Below, piece after piece: positions 52,321 through 63,763 of a stretch of DNA of 64,000 bases. A program made the position numbers and the translations under genes. The notes beneath the pieces were generated by a model, which saw nothing but the letters and a program-made list of their open reading frames with translations, was not told the origin of the DNA and did no database searches. The stretch is from a virus. The stretch is from positions 9,487 to 73,486 of the IMG/VR virus record IMGVR_UViG_3300028025_003013; one strand, given 5' to 3'. The stretch's first letter is position 1, and the number at the start of each line of letters is the position of its first letter.

Positions 52321-55300
52321 ATGACTATCAATTTTAACGTAGATCCGTACTTTGACGATTACAACGAAGATGACAAATATCTTCGTGTTCTGTTTCGTCC
52401 AGGATACCCAGTACAAGCACGTGAGCTAACACAGGCGCAAACTATCCTGCAAAATCAGGTTACTCGCTTTGGTAACCATGTGTTCAAACAGGGTTCGATG
52501 GTAACTCCTGGTCAGGTGGCTTATGATGGTGAATTCAACTACATCAAACTACAAACGATCTACAACAACACTGAAGTTACATCTTATGTAGAAGAGTTTG
52601 TTGGACAAGAAATTGTTGGGTCAACCAGTGGCATTCGTGCACTAGTACTTTACGCCACTGAGTCTACCGAAACAGATCCTCCAACACTGTACGTTAAGTA
52701 CATGAACTCTGGTACTGATACAACTACCAAAGTTTTTGCCGACAATGAACAGATTATTTCTCAGGATAATACCAACCAGCGTTTTGCGTTCACTTATACG
52801 CAGGGTGCAACTGGTTTGGGTTCATCGGCTTCTATTCAGAAAGGTATCTATTTTGTAAATGGATTCTTTACTCAGGTAGATACTCAAACTGTTATTCTTG
52901 ACAAGTATTCAAACACTCCAACTTATCGTATCGGTCTTGATGTTACTGAAGATGTAGTAACTCCTGAAGAAGATGCAAACCTATTTGATAACGCACAGGG
53001 TTCATCTAACTTTGCTGCTCCAGGTGCTCACCGCTACAAAATTACTCTAGTATTAGAAAAACGTCCAACTGACGATGATGGCGATAAAGACTTTATCGAG
53101 TTGTTACGTATTAAAGATGGCGAAACTCAGTTTCAGGTTAAGAATGCTGCATACGCAGACATTATGGATACCATGGCTCGTCGTACCTATGATGAGTCTG
53201 GTAACTACAGCGTAAGACCTTTTGGTATTGATGTTCGTGAACACCGTAACAACGATCGTGGTACATGGGATGCTGGTGTTTCTTATAACATCGGTGACAT
53301 TGTTGCCAATGGTCTTGGCCAGTTCTATGTTGCAAGAACCTCTGGTATTTCTACAACCAATAAACCAGTTCACACACTTGGTGTTTCCTATGATGGAACA
53401 TCCTTGTACTGGGAATATACAACAGCACCACCATACAATCGTGGTGTTTACTCTGTTGCTGATGGTGGCGATGAAGCATATCTCGCCATGGGTATCGAAA
53501 AGGGTAAAGCATACGTACAGGGTTACGAGATCGAAAAACTCGCAACCACTTACATTAAAGTTCCAAAGTCTAGAGCATTCAAGCAGATTCTAGATGGTAA
53601 GATTTCCACACCAGTTGGAAACTTCGTACAGGTAACTAACCTGTATGGTCCTCCAAACCTTCCTACATTCCCAGTGGTTTATCTACGTGATGCCAAGACA
53701 GTAACTCGTGGTTCTGCAGCTGGCAATCAGGTTGGTACTGCACGTATTCGTGGTATCGAATTAGAATCTGGTGCAAACGGATCGGTTACAGCATACTACA
53801 AAGTAATGTTGTATGACATCGAGATGAACACAGGTGTAACTGATGTTGTTATCAACAGTGGTGGTACTGGTGCTTCTAGTCCAACAATTACCATTGATGA
53901 TCCATTCATCAATGGCGTAAGTGGTAATGTCGTTGCTTCATGGACCAGCGGAATGTCTTCTGCCGTGGGCAATATTATTTCTTATGTTAACTCTGGTGTC
54001 AAGAACTTCTACAGAGTTACTGCATACAGTGCTGTTTTAAGTTCAAGCGCACCGACCCATACATTTGGTGTTACAGCTTATGGTGGCGCATCGCTTGAAT
54101 ACATCGGTACAACTGCCACAGCTACAGCTGTAGTTTCTAGTGGCGCAGTGGTTGCTGTTCAGGTAACACGTCCAGGTAATGGATACGTAACTCCACCGAC
54201 CTTTACCTTCTCCAGTGGCTCTGCTTCAGTGTCATGCTCTGTTGGTAAGTTGGACTTTTCTCGTTTAGTTAAGCAACTTCACTATCCAACCGATGCAGCT
54301 GGCAATGCTTTCTCTGCAGATGCTTATCCAATATACAATGTTGGCGCAGGACAAATTACCTGCACTGGTGCTGGATCAAGTGCATTGGTTGTTGGTAATG
54401 GAACATACTTCTTACGACAGACTAAAGTTGGCGATTTGATTCGTGCAACAACTACAGCTGGCGCAGTCTCAGAATTTAAAGTTGGTTACATTATTGATAA
54501 CACAACACTATATGCATCAGCAAACGTAACCAATGGTTTCTCTGGTAGTGCATTTACAGTTTTGAATAACCCACTGTTTGAGCCAACCAACACTGGATTG
54601 TTGTACAGACTTCCATACAATGCGATTCGTCGTATTCGTTCAGTGGATGATGCAACAGTTGGAACAACTACACGTGTTCGCCAGTACTTTGCTGAACAAA
54701 CAGTTAACTCATCATATCAGTTAAACTACTCGACTGATACTGTTGACCAAACCTTCTTGACACCAGATAGCCCATCCTCAACGGATCGTAACTATCTACT
54801 GGTTAAAACATCTGGTGGCAACCTAAGCACTTATCCAGCTGGAACAGTTATTGCTCCAACCTCTATTGTATTCAGCGATACTACTCAACGTAACATTACT
54901 GTTACAGTTCCAAGTGGATTGTTTGATGGTACTGGTTCACGTGTTCGTTTGATTGCCACAGTTAACAAGTCGCAATCCTCTGCTGGTGAAAAGTCCAAGA
55001 CTCTAAACTTTGGCGAGATCCTTAACGTAACTGCTCAGGCAAACGTACAGGCTACCACTATTAGTCTTGGTAAGGCAGACGTATATAAGATTGAAAAGAT
55101 TCTACAATCAACAGTTGCTTTTGGAACAGCATACGATCCAGCAGCTGTAATTGACATTACAGATAACTACACCCTTAATGATGGCCAACGTGATACTCAC
55201 TACGACATTGGATACATTACAAGAAAACCTGGAGTCTCTGCTCCAACAGGTCCAATCCGTATTTACTTTGAATACTTCTCGCATACAGGTACTGGTGACT

Positions 55301-58300
55301 ACTTCTCTGTAGACTCATATTCTGGTATTAATTATAAGGATATTCCTACATATAAGGGCAATTCCTTAGCGAATTTCATCGATTTTAGAGCACGTATTAA
55401 TGATGATGGTAAATCCTACAGTTCTGCTCCGAATCTTCCAAAGCGTTCTGAAGACATCATTGCTGACTATACTTACTACCTTGCACGTCGTGGATCTTTG
55501 ATTGTCAATGGTGATGGTTCGCTAGTTAACAAAGAAGGTGTTTCATCGGACACTCCAGAGTTTCCAGAAGCACCAGGAACTGGTATGGTATTGTACAATG
55601 TTACATACATGCCTTTTACCTACGATACCACCAACAAGCAGGTAATTATTACTTCTATCGATAATCGTCGATACACCATGCGTGATATCGGTAAGTTGGA
55701 AACACGTATCGAAAAGCTGGAAGAGTTTACTAAACTTTCTATGCTGGAACGTGCCACTGCATCTACTCAGATTATTGATACAACAACACTCAGCGATCGA
55801 CTAAAAGCTGGTTTCATTGTTGATACCTTTGATGGTCATAGCACTGGTGGAACAACTGAGATTGATTATCGTGTTTCTATCGATACAATCAATCGTGAGG
55901 CTCGTCCACTGTATAACATTGAGAACGTGAATCTAATCGAAAAGAACTCAAACGATACTCAACGTAGTGCAAATGGATATATTGTCAATGGTGATGTGTT
56001 TACACTGCCGTTTACGCACCTGTCAGTTATCAGTCAGCTTAAAGCGTCTAGAACTGAAAACATTAACCCATTCGCTATCTTTACCTTTATTGGTAACCTG
56101 ATGCTTAACCCAGCCTCTGATGAGTGGGTTGACATCGAGAACGTAGACGTTACTGTGTTTGATGACAAAGAAAAACAAGCACTGGAATCTCTTGCTAATT
56201 TAACTTTCAATCCAATTACTGGTAAGCAGGGTATCCTCGGTAACTACTATGGCGCATGGGAAGAAGTTTCCACTGGTAGAACAAACACAATTAGTACCAA
56301 TTTTAGATCAGAATTTGGACCAAGCGATTGGTGGAGATTCCAATCTGGCTGGCGTCGTGAAGTGCATGATGAGATAACAGCAAAAGAAATTGGATATCAA
56401 AGAACTCAGTACACCACTGAAGTAAAGATGATTGGTAGCGGAACACCTATTCTTACTGAAGACAAGGTAACAAGTTCTACAATCATTCCTTATATTCGTT
56501 CACGTCCACTGCTGTTCGTTGGTAAAGGTATTAAACCTAGCACATTGGTCAATGCATTCTTTGATGGCACTGCTGTTAATGAGTATGTTACTCCTGCCAA
56601 AACTCTTGTTATCACAAACCGCACTGGTATGTTTGACGACAGATCCAACGTAGGTGCAAACAATGCTGAGACAGCACGTGTAAGTACTGTGGATGGTAAA
56701 ACTGCGTTGGCATACAACAAGGGTGACCTAGTTTATGTTGCAACACGTGGTGGAAGTTCTTACACTGCCGACAACTCTCCAGCTACCAGCGTAGTTGCGT
56801 TAGTTGAAGATAATACTACAACCCTGCGTATCGTTAACACAATCGGAACATTCCTTGCTGGTGACGTTGTTGTGGGTTCTGTTTCTGGTGCACGTGCCAC
56901 AGTTGTTTCTATCGCAAGCCCGACATCTTTGGTTACAAACCAGAATGGTGAAATTGCTGGCGTATTTAATATTCCAAATACAGAAAAGCTACGTTTCCGT
57001 TGCGGTACTCGTGTGTTCCGTGTTTCTGATAGTGCCACAGATCTAAACTCAACAACACGTGCTGAGGCATCATACCTAGCTTCTGGTGTTAAAGAAGTTC
57101 ACAATAGATCCTTTAGTTCTATTCGTCACTACGAGATTGCCACACGTGAACTTCCAGGACAGACAAATGGTGCACCACCAAACACATGGGTAAACGATCC
57201 AGCATCTGCTCGTACTGTTGCAGATACCACATGGTATGATCCGTTGGCACAAACCTTCTTGGTTCAAAACAAAGGTGGTATGATGTTGAGTAAAGTCAAC
57301 ATTTACTTCCAGAGCAAAGATGCCAACATGCCAGTGCGCATGGAAATCCGTGAAACAGTGAATGGATATCCAGGTAAGGTTATCCTGCCATTCTCCAGCA
57401 TATCGTTGAATCCTTCTCAGGTTAATATCTCTCAAGATTCATCAGTACCAACTACCTTTACATTCCCAGTTCCAATCCCACTGCGTGACAAAGGTGAGTA
57501 TGCGTTGGTTCTACTTTCTGACTCCAATAACTATCGTGTTTGGATTTCTCAGATGGGTGAAAAGGATATCTTAACTGGTCGTCCGATCTCTGAACAACCT
57601 TACATGGGTGTGCTATTCAAGTCGCAAAACGGCTCGACATGGACAGCTGAACAGTATCAGGATTTAAAGTTCGAATTGTATCGTGCCAAGTTTGATACAA
57701 ACACTGTTGCTACAATTGACTTTGTCAACGACACACTACCAACAGATGTATTGAAAAGCAATCCGTTGGAAACAACAACTGGTTCTGGAGTGATTTACGT
57801 TACTCACTATAACCATGGTATGCCAAGCGGATCTAAAGTTAGATTCAGTAATGTTACTGGAACTTACCATGGTATTCCAGCTAACCTGCTACAGTCAGCA
57901 AATACCGTAACACGTATTAGTAACAGCAAGTATTCTATTACTGTGGCAGCAACAGCAACAGCCACTGGTTTAACTGGTGGTGATCGTATCGGTGTTACAA
58001 GAAATGTTCAGTTTAACTTGTTGCACCCACAGGTCGAGGAATTCATCCTGCCAGATACCAACATTCAGTATGAAGTTCAGGCATGCACTGGTAAGTCTCT
58101 GGACGGATCAGAAGTTCCTTATGTTCTTGAGGACACATGGATTGATATTGCACCTAACCAGTCTAACTACTTTAGCAACCCAAGACTGTTGGCTTCTTCA
58201 CTGAATGAGTTGACGTTGTTGAATGGTAGCAAATCCTTTACCATGCGTGCCAAGTTGTTTACAACAAATGATGCGGTAACTCCAATGTTGGACATCCACC

Positions 58301-58737
58301 GCACCTCTGCGTTGGTTGTTGAGAATCTTATTAATAACCAAACTGAAGGTAATATTACTTACGTTGATGAAACAACCCCAAGGATTGGTTCTTCTTTGTC
58401 TAAATATATTACCAAGAAGGTTAAATTAACCACTCCTGGAACTGGTCTTCATGTGGCTTTTGATCTTAACTGCCCACCCGAAGCCAATGTTAATGTATAC
58501 TACAAAGTAGCCAAAGCTGGTGATGCCATCTTGTTTGAATTGCAACCATGGAGACTTTCTGTTCCAGATGCTCAAACAATTCCTAAATCCAACGATGCTG
58601 GTTCATTCCAAGAAGTTGCCTTTACGGAAGAAGAGTTGGACGAGTTTGATGTTGTTCAGGTTAAGATTGTCTTTACTTCCACCAACTCATCGGCTATTCC
58701 AAGAATTCAAAACCTTAGAGTGATTGCGTTGGCATGA
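52321..58737 (+). CDS. large virion structural protein (DUF4815/VrlC-like)
   Basis: PYFDD, VLFRPG..VQARELTQ.Q, APGAHR, ARRTYDESG.Y, N.RYTMRDIG.LE.RI, DPLAQTF. Confidence 0.88.
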   Translation: MTINFNVDPYFDDYNEDDKYLRVLFRPGYPVQARELTQAQTILQNQVTRFGNHVFKQGSMVTPGQVAYDGEFNYIKLQTIYNNTEVTSYVEEFVGQEIVGSTSGIRALVLYATESTETDPPTLYVKYMNSGTDTTTKVFADNEQIISQDNTNQRFAFTYTQGATGLGSSASIQKGIYFVNGFFTQVDTQTVILDKYSNTPTYRIGLDVTEDVVTPEEDANLFDNAQGSSNFAAPGAHRYKITLVLEKRPTDDDGDKDFIELLRIKDGETQFQVKNAAYADIMDTMARRTYDESGNYSVRPFGIDVREHRNNDRGTWDAGVSYNIGDIVANGLGQFYVARTSGISTTNKPVHTLGVSYDGTSLYWEYTTAPPYNRGVYSVADGGDEAYLAMGIEKGKAYVQGYEIEKLATTYIKVPKSRAFKQILDGKISTPVGNFVQVTNLYGPPNLPTFPVVYLRDAKTVTRGSAAGNQVGTARIRGIELESGANGSVTAYYKVMLYDIEMNTGVTDVVINSGGTGASSPTITIDDPFINGVSGNVVASWTSGMSSAVGNIISYVNSGVKNFYRVTAYSAVLSSSAPTHTFGVTAYGGASLEYIGTTATATAVVSSGAVVAVQVTRPGNGYVTPPTFTFSSGSASVSCSVGKLDFSRLVKQLHYPTDAAGNAFSADAYPIYNVGAGQITCTGAGSSALVVGNGTYFLRQTKVGDLIRATTTAGAVSEFKVGYIIDNTTLYASANVTNGFSGSAFTVLNNPLFEPTNTGLLYRLPYNAIRRIRSVDDATVGTTTRVRQYFAEQTVNSSYQLNYSTDTVDQTFLTPDSPSSTDRNYLLVKTSGGNLSTYPAGTVIAPTSIVFSDTTQRNITVTVPSGLFDGTGSRVRLIATVNKSQSSAGEKSKTLNFGEILNVTAQANVQATTISLGKADVYKIEKILQSTVAFGTAYDPAAVIDITDNYTLNDGQRDTHYDIGYITRKPGVSAPTGPIRIYFEYFSHTGTGDYFSVDSYSGINYKDIPTYKGNSLANFIDFRARINDDGKSYSSAPNLPKRSEDIIADYTYYLARRGSLIVNGDGSLVNKEGVSSDTPEFPEAPGTGMVLYNVTYMPFTYDTTNKQVIITSIDNRRYTMRDIGKLETRIEKLEEFTKLSMLERATASTQIIDTTTLSDRLKAGFIVDTFDGHSTGGTTEIDYRVSIDTINREARPLYNIENVNLIEKNSNDTQRSANGYIVNGDVFTLPFTHLSVISQLKASRTENINPFAIFTFIGNLMLNPASDEWVDIENVDVTVFDDKEKQALESLANLTFNPITGKQGILGNYYGAWEEVSTGRTNTISTNFRSEFGPSDWWRFQSGWRREVHDEITAKEIGYQRTQYTTEVKMIGSGTPILTEDKVTSSTIIPYIRSRPLLFVGKGIKPSTLVNAFFDGTAVNEYVTPAKTLVITNRTGMFDDRSNVGANNAETARVSTVDGKTALAYNKGDLVYVATRGGSSYTADNSPATSVVALVEDNTTTLRIVNTIGTFLAGDVVVGSVSGARATVVSIASPTSLVTNQNGEIAGVFNIPNTEKLRFRCGTRVFRVSDSATDLNSTTRAEASYLASGVKEVHNRSFSSIRHYEIATRELPGQTNGAPPNTWVNDPASARTVADTTWYDPLAQTFLVQNKGGMMLSKVNIYFQSKDANMPVRMEIRETVNGYPGKVILPFSSISLNPSQVNISQDSSVPTTFTFPVPIPLRDKGEYALVLLSDSNNYRVWISQMGEKDILTGRPISEQPYMGVLFKSQNGSTWTAEQYQDLKFELYRAKFDTNTVATIDFVNDTLPTDVLKSNPLETTTGSGVIYVTHYNHGMPSGSKVRFSNVTGTYHGIPANLLQSANTVTRISNSKYSITVAATATATGLTGGDRIGVTRNVQFNLLHPQVEEFILPDTNIQYEVQACTGKSLDGSEVPYVLEDTWIDIAPNQSNYFSNPRLLASSLNELTLLNGSKSFTMRAKLFTTNDAVTPMLDIHRTSALVVENLINNQTEGNITYVDETTPRIGSSLSKYITKKVKLTTPGTGLHVAFDLNCPPEANVNVYYKVAKAGDAILFELQPWRLSVPDAQTIPKSNDAGSFQEVAFTEEELDEFDVVQVKIVFTSTNSSAIPRIQNLRVIALA

Positions 58738-58964
58738 TGAAAGTTATCAAAGTACAAGACGAGACCAATCTCGTTAGAGATGTTGAGACAGGGGCTATTC
58801 TTTTTAATAACTCTGCTCAACATCACAAGTATGTGGAACAACGCAAGAAGTTCGTTTCAAGGAACGAGCAAATAGGACAACAGGCAGAAGAAATAAATAG
58901 CATGAAGAATGATATTTCTGAGATCAAGGGCATGTTAACTGCCCTACTGAATAGGAACCAATAA
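58734..58964 (+). CDS. hypothetical structural-module protein
   Basis: LVRD..TGAI...EI..MK.DISEIK.ML. Confidence 0.8.
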   Translation: MMKVIKVQDETNLVRDVETGAILFNNSAQHHKYVEQRKKFVSRNEQIGQQAEEINSMKNDISEIKGMLTALLNRNQ

Positions 58965-59239
58965 TGGCGGTCACTAACGTATCCCAATCGAACACCTTTG
59001 ATCAGTGGAGGGTTAAGACCAACACAATTGCCACGGATCTTGGTGATACTGCTACATTGACCACTACTGCAACCACTGCTGTTGGTGGGGTTAATGAACT
59101 AAAGGGTAATATTGGTCCCCTAAATAATCTGACTACCACTGATAAATCAACTGTCGTTGCAGCAATCAATGAAACTAAGGTTTCGGCAGTTCAGGAAGCA
59201 AACAGTTTTTCAATCGCAATCGCAGTTGCACTAGGATAA
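58964..59239 (+). CDS. fibre-associated protein
   Basis: TFDQWR.KTN, L.TT.K...V.AINE, ends AIAVALG. Confidence 0.8.
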   Translation: MAVTNVSQSNTFDQWRVKTNTIATDLGDTATLTTTATTAVGGVNELKGNIGPLNNLTTTDKSTVVAAINETKVSAVQEANSFSIAIAVALG

Positions 59240-59243
59240 AAAT

Positions 59244-59573
59244 ATGGCAAACACATTTAAGAATGCACTGGCAAGAAACGTAGGAACCACAGCGGTATCC
59301 GTATACACTGCCCCTTCAGCAAAGAACTCCATCTGTATCGAACTGGACGTATGTAACACTACAGCGTCTGGTGTAACATGCGATGTTTTCATTACAAAAT
59401 TCTCCGACTCACTTAACTACTATCTGATTAAGTCTGCCCCTGTTCCAGTGGGTGGTTCACTGCAGGTTGTTGCTGGTCAAAAGATTGTTGTTTCCAATGG
59501 AGATATAATTAAGGTAGTTTCCAGCGCAGCGTCAAGTCTTGACGTAGTTGGCGCAATACTAGAGGACGTCTAA
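59244..59573 (+). CDS. fibre-associated structural protein
   Basis: MANTFK...YT.P...K...P.G.SL...KIV..GD...S.DV...LE. Confidence 0.85.
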   Translation: MANTFKNALARNVGTTAVSVYTAPSAKNSICIELDVCNTTASGVTCDVFITKFSDSLNYYLIKSAPVPVGGSLQVVAGQKIVVSNGDIIKVVSSAASSLDVVGAILEDV

Positions 59574-59574
59574 T

Positions 59575-61455
59575 ATGGCAATCGTTGGCGTAAAAATTGG
59601 TCGTGGTGCAGCTGCGATTGCTACCAACACAGCAGTTGGTAATAACGCATTAGCTGCAAACACAACTGGTGCTCAAAATACTGCTTTTGGTTTCCAATCT
59701 TTAAAAGTTAATACCACTACTAACAACAACACTGCTGTTGGTTATCAAGCACTAGAAAATTCTACTACTGCAGGAAATACAGCTGTTGGTAATAGAGCAG
59801 TTAACAATCTAATTTCTGGTAGTAACAGTACTGGAGTGGGTGATCGTGCATTATTCACGACTTCGACTGGTACATTTAATGATGCGTTTGGTTATGCTGC
59901 GTTATACAGTAATACAACTGGTTCATATAACACTGCACTCGGTCAAGCATCACTTTTTGCAAATACAACTGCTGCCAACAATACTGCTGTAGGATCTTTT
60001 GCAGCAACCACAAACACCACTGGTCAGGGTATAACTGCTCTTGGTTGGAGAGCACTGTATTTAAATACAACTGGTTCTGAAAACGTAGCGATCGGTGGTA
60101 CTTTCTCTACCTACTCAGCACTTTACTTTAATACAACAGGTTCAAATAATACTGCCGTTGGTGCTGGTGCATTATCTTTAAATACCACATCAGGAAACAA
60201 CACGGCAGTTGGTCGTCAAGCACTTTATAGTTTAACGACCTCACAAAGTGTCGCAGTTGGATCACTTGCTGGATATCAAACGACTACAGGTGGTGGATTG
60301 GTGGCAATTGGTTATGCGGCTCTTGCTGCAAACACAACTGGTGTAAGCAACACTGCGGTTGGCACTTCATATAACACCAGTTCTGCTTTGATGTCCAACA
60401 CTACAGGCTCGTATCATGTGGCAGTTGGAGAAGGCTCTCTTGCATCCAATACATCAGGTATGCAAAACACAGCCACAGGTTACCAGGCATTATTTGCAAA
60501 TACCACAGGAACTAACAATGTTGCCTATGGTTATTTGTCATTAACTGCTAACACTACTGCTGATGACAATGTAGCATATGGTGTTTCATCAATGATGGGT
60601 AACACTACTGGCACCCAAAACTCAGGATTAGGTCGTTCTGCTCTACGTACAAACACAACAGGATCTGGAAACACAGCTGTTGGTTTTGATGCTCTTAGAT
60701 TAAACACCACAGGCGGTACAAATACAGCGGTGGGTGTCAATGCGTTATACACCAATGTAACAGGTAGTGACAATACCGCAGTAGGTCGTTTAGCTTTACA
60801 GACTGCTACAGGTTCTGCCAATACCGCTATTGGCGAAAACGCAGGTAATGGAATTACCACTGGTGCTAAGAATACCTTATTGGGTCGCTACAACGGCAAT
60901 CAAAGTGGTTTAGACATTCGCACAGCAAACAATAACATCGTGTTAAGTGATGGTGATGGAAACGTCGGTCTTCGTTCCTACAAAACTTTAGACTACACTA
61001 CAGCGACTGCATTTACTACCATTTCTAATCGTGCATTAGGTATGGGACCAGGCAATACTACCGTAGCTACTGCACTGATGGTTACAGCCTCTGATAATGA
61101 CCGAAATACTGCTGCTCGATATTCTGTGCCATACGCAACAAACAAGTGGGACCATGGGAACTTGTGGATTCAGATTTCATCAGGTAAAGGTGATGCATCT
61201 CTTAACTCGTCTGCATGGTACTTTTATCGCATTACCATGTATAACGGCTCGATGGGTGCAAGTTTAGCAGACAGCGGTGGAGATACTGGGTCTTTTACTA
61301 TGACAATCTCGGATGATGGTGATAGCGCAAATTACGCCAACACTATGATTCTTGGAATTCTTGGACAGTCCACAACTGTAGCTGCTGATAACACCACAAT
61401 GTATTGCAATTTAACTTGGTACCAAGGTTCTTACGAAGCATGGAGATACGCATGA
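59575..61455 (+). CDS. tail-fibre/adhesin protein with ~14-aa beta-roll repeats
   Basis: About 30 copies of NTTGxxNTAVGxxAL. Confidence 0.85.
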   Translation: MAIVGVKIGRGAAAIATNTAVGNNALAANTTGAQNTAFGFQSLKVNTTTNNNTAVGYQALENSTTAGNTAVGNRAVNNLISGSNSTGVGDRALFTTSTGTFNDAFGYAALYSNTTGSYNTALGQASLFANTTAANNTAVGSFAATTNTTGQGITALGWRALYLNTTGSENVAIGGTFSTYSALYFNTTGSNNTAVGAGALSLNTTSGNNTAVGRQALYSLTTSQSVAVGSLAGYQTTTGGGLVAIGYAALAANTTGVSNTAVGTSYNTSSALMSNTTGSYHVAVGEGSLASNTSGMQNTATGYQALFANTTGTNNVAYGYLSLTANTTADDNVAYGVSSMMGNTTGTQNSGLGRSALRTNTTGSGNTAVGFDALRLNTTGGTNTAVGVNALYTNVTGSDNTAVGRLALQTATGSANTAIGENAGNGITTGAKNTLLGRYNGNQSGLDIRTANNNIVLSDGDGNVGLRSYKTLDYTTATAFTTISNRALGMGPGNTTVATALMVTASDNDRNTAARYSVPYATNKWDHGNLWIQISSGKGDASLNSSAWYFYRITMYNGSMGASLADSGGDTGSFTMTISDDGDSANYANTMILGILGQSTTVAADNTTMYCNLTWYQGSYEAWRYA

Positions 61456-61820
61456 CATTAAAAATTAATGGTAACTTGGTTACCCAAAATATTGACGGCA
61501 ATCAAAATATTGTCACTGCGGTTCCATGGGCATGCGAGACTACGGTTGGAACAGTAACAGCTAGTGTTCAGGGAACTGTCTCGCTTAAATATAACTCAGC
61601 AAGCCCATTTGTTGAATACCCAGAACTAACTGAACAAGAAGTTTTGGGTTGGGTTACAACTGCACTTGGAGGGCAAGAAGCTGTAGACTTCTACAACGAA
61701 GTTGTTCTTGAAAAAGCAACAAGTTTTGACTCAAAACCAGACAACAAAGCCACATTCCTTTTCGTAACTGCAGTGTATAAAGCACCTGCGCAATCTCAAC
61801 CAACACCTTGGAGCAACTAA
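61452..61820 (+). CDS. fibre-associated small protein
   Basis: F..Y.ELTE..VLGWV...LG...PW motif. Confidence 0.75.
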   Translation: MTLKINGNLVTQNIDGNQNIVTAVPWACETTVGTVTASVQGTVSLKYNSASPFVEYPELTEQEVLGWVTTALGGQEAVDFYNEVVLEKATSFDSKPDNKATFLFVTAVYKAPAQSQPTPWSN

Positions 61821-61821
61821 A

Positions 61822-62055
61822 ATGAACGAACAAATCGAACAACCAACCGCAGAAGAAATCGCTCGCCACTACAGTGCAGCTATGGACTCTGTAAATCTTA
61901 TCAATGGCACCAAACCAGAATTCACCTCTGATGAAGACTGGGCTGATACCCTAGAGCGCAATGCTGCTCACTTGGAGATCATGGTAGCAAAAGATTACTG
62001 GACAACAGAAAATCTTACACCATTTACTGCTGCAATCGCTACAGCAAGAGCATAA
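61822..62055 (+). CDS. fibre-associated small protein
   Basis: EIARHYSAAMDSV.LIN...RN..HL.IM.AKD.W. Confidence 0.8.
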   Translation: MNEQIEQPTAEEIARHYSAAMDSVNLINGTKPEFTSDEDWADTLERNAAHLEIMVAKDYWTTENLTPFTAAIATARA

Positions 62056-62083
62056 ATAATAGAGAACATTAAAGAGACTATCA

Positions 62084-63763
62084 ATGGCTTATATCGGCTA
62101 CAATCCTTCACAACTAGCGATAGCACCTTTCGCCACTAAGTATTTTACTGGTGATGGTACTACTACAACCTTTACACTGGATCAATCAGTTCCAGGTGCG
62201 AACGAAGCGAACGTAGAAGTATTCGTCGAGAACGTACAACAGAATCCTGTTGATGCTTATACCATTGGTGGTGCACTTAACAATTCGTTAATCTTTTCTG
62301 AAGCACCTGTTACTGGTGGTGCCATCTATGTTATTCACAAAGGTGAAGCTACTTACAACTTACAACCAAGCACTGGTTCAGTAACTGCAACTACATTGGA
62401 TCCAGTACTACGTAACTTTACCGTGGATAACTTCACAGGTAACGGCAGTGCTACTACCTTTACGCTAACTGATACTCCATACTCTGCCAATTCAATTTTG
62501 GTAACTGTGGATGGTATCGTTCAAACTGCTTCAACTAACTACACTGTTTCTGGAACTACACTAAGTTTTGGTTCATCGGCTCCAGATAGTGGTGCTGTAA
62601 TTACTGTTGTTCACATGGGCTTTAGCTCTGGTAACAAAGCAGTAATGGATGGTAGTATTACTCCTGTTAAGTTAAGCACTGGTGGACCAAGTTGGGAAAC
62701 TACTGGTCGTGTAAGTATTACTGCTCCAACTACTGGTGCGCTAAGATTAACTTCTACACTCACAGATGCTACCAACAAACTCGGTAGAATCACTGGTCGT
62801 GCATACACTAATTCGTTGACAGATTTTCTAGCATTCGATATTCGTGGTCTCGAAACGCAAAATCAAATATACTATGGTGGTGGTTCTGGTTTATTGAATT
62901 GCGTTAGTGAGCACAGATGGCATGTTGCCGCCAATAACAATACAGTTAGTGGCACAGGAGCCATGGTTCTAGACGTCAATGGATTTTTAGCTCTTGGTGC
63001 AGCTACTGGTTCTGATTTAAATACCAACTATATTGCTGGCAATACAAATGCAAAGAACTTGTCTATTGTCGGCAATGGTGCTGCAGCTTCTGCAGATGGT
63101 CGCTTGATTCTTGTAAACCCACAAGCATACTCTAGCATTTCAACCACCACATCTACTGCTGGTCGTATCTTCTTTGGATTCCCAAACACTTCCACAGGAA
63201 CAACTGGAAACTTTGCATCAATTGATACCTTGGCATATGGTACTGGTGGTACTGGTGGTTATGGTATCACATTAAGACTTCAGCCTAAATCAGATAATGG
63301 TGCTGCAATCGTTGCTATGCAGTTGTTGCCTACTGGCACTGTAGATCTACCATACGGACAAATCAAATTCCCAGCTGTACAGAATGCATCTTCAGATGCC
63401 AATACGCTGGATGATTATGAAGAAGGTACTTACACACCTACTACCAACATTCCTACCAATTCTGGTACGACCGTAGTTCGTGGCATTTATACTAAAGTGG
63501 GTCAATTGGTGTTCTTTACAGTTGATGTTAGAAATACTACTGGAAACTTTACTATAACCGCAAATGCTAGTTATGTTTCTTTGCCATTCCCTGCTGTTGA
63601 TAACAGTAGCAATATATACTCAGCTGGTTCTTCAATTAACGTAGCTTCCACTACAGACTTTGGTGGGGTACAATTGGGACCATCACAACAAGCAATTTCT
63701 TGCAAAACGTATACCAGCGTTGCATGGATTTCGTTCAGTGGATGTTACAGAGTAGCAACCTAA
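62084..63763 (+). CDS. tail fibre protein
   Basis: MAYIG, two F.G.G..T.FTL Ig-like repeats, Q.ASSDANTLDDYEEGT.TP motif; CATAAATA upstream. Confidence 0.88.
   Translation: MAYIGYNPSQLAIAPFATKYFTGDGTTTTFTLDQSVPGANEANVEVFVENVQQNPVDAYTIGGALNNSLIFSEAPVTGGAIYVIHKGEATYNLQPSTGSVTATTLDPVLRNFTVDNFTGNGSATTFTLTDTPYSANSILVTVDGIVQTASTNYTVSGTTLSFGSSAPDSGAVITVVHMGFSSGNKAVMDGSITPVKLSTGGPSWETTGRVSITAPTTGALRLTSTLTDATNKLGRITGRAYTNSLTDFLAFDIRGLETQNQIYYGGGSGLLNCVSEHRWHVAANNNTVSGTGAMVLDVNGFLALGAATGSDLNTNYIAGNTNAKNLSIVGNGAAASADGRLILVNPQAYSSISTTTSTAGRIFFGFPNTSTGTTGNFASIDTLAYGTGGTGGYGITLRLQPKSDNGAAIVAMQLLPTGTVDLPYGQIKFPAVQNASSDANTLDDYEEGTYTPTTNIPTNSGTTVVRGIYTKVGQLVFFTVDVRNTTGNFTITANASYVSLPFPAVDNSSNIYSAGSSINVASTTDFGGVQLGPSQQAISCKTYTSVAWISFSGCYRVAT

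Noticed and set aside
59575-60900. Periodic ~42-bp repeats as a CRISPR array or DGR
   Set aside because: They are degenerate in-frame protein repeats; no constant repeat/spacer structure, reverse transcriptase or TR/VR pair was seen.
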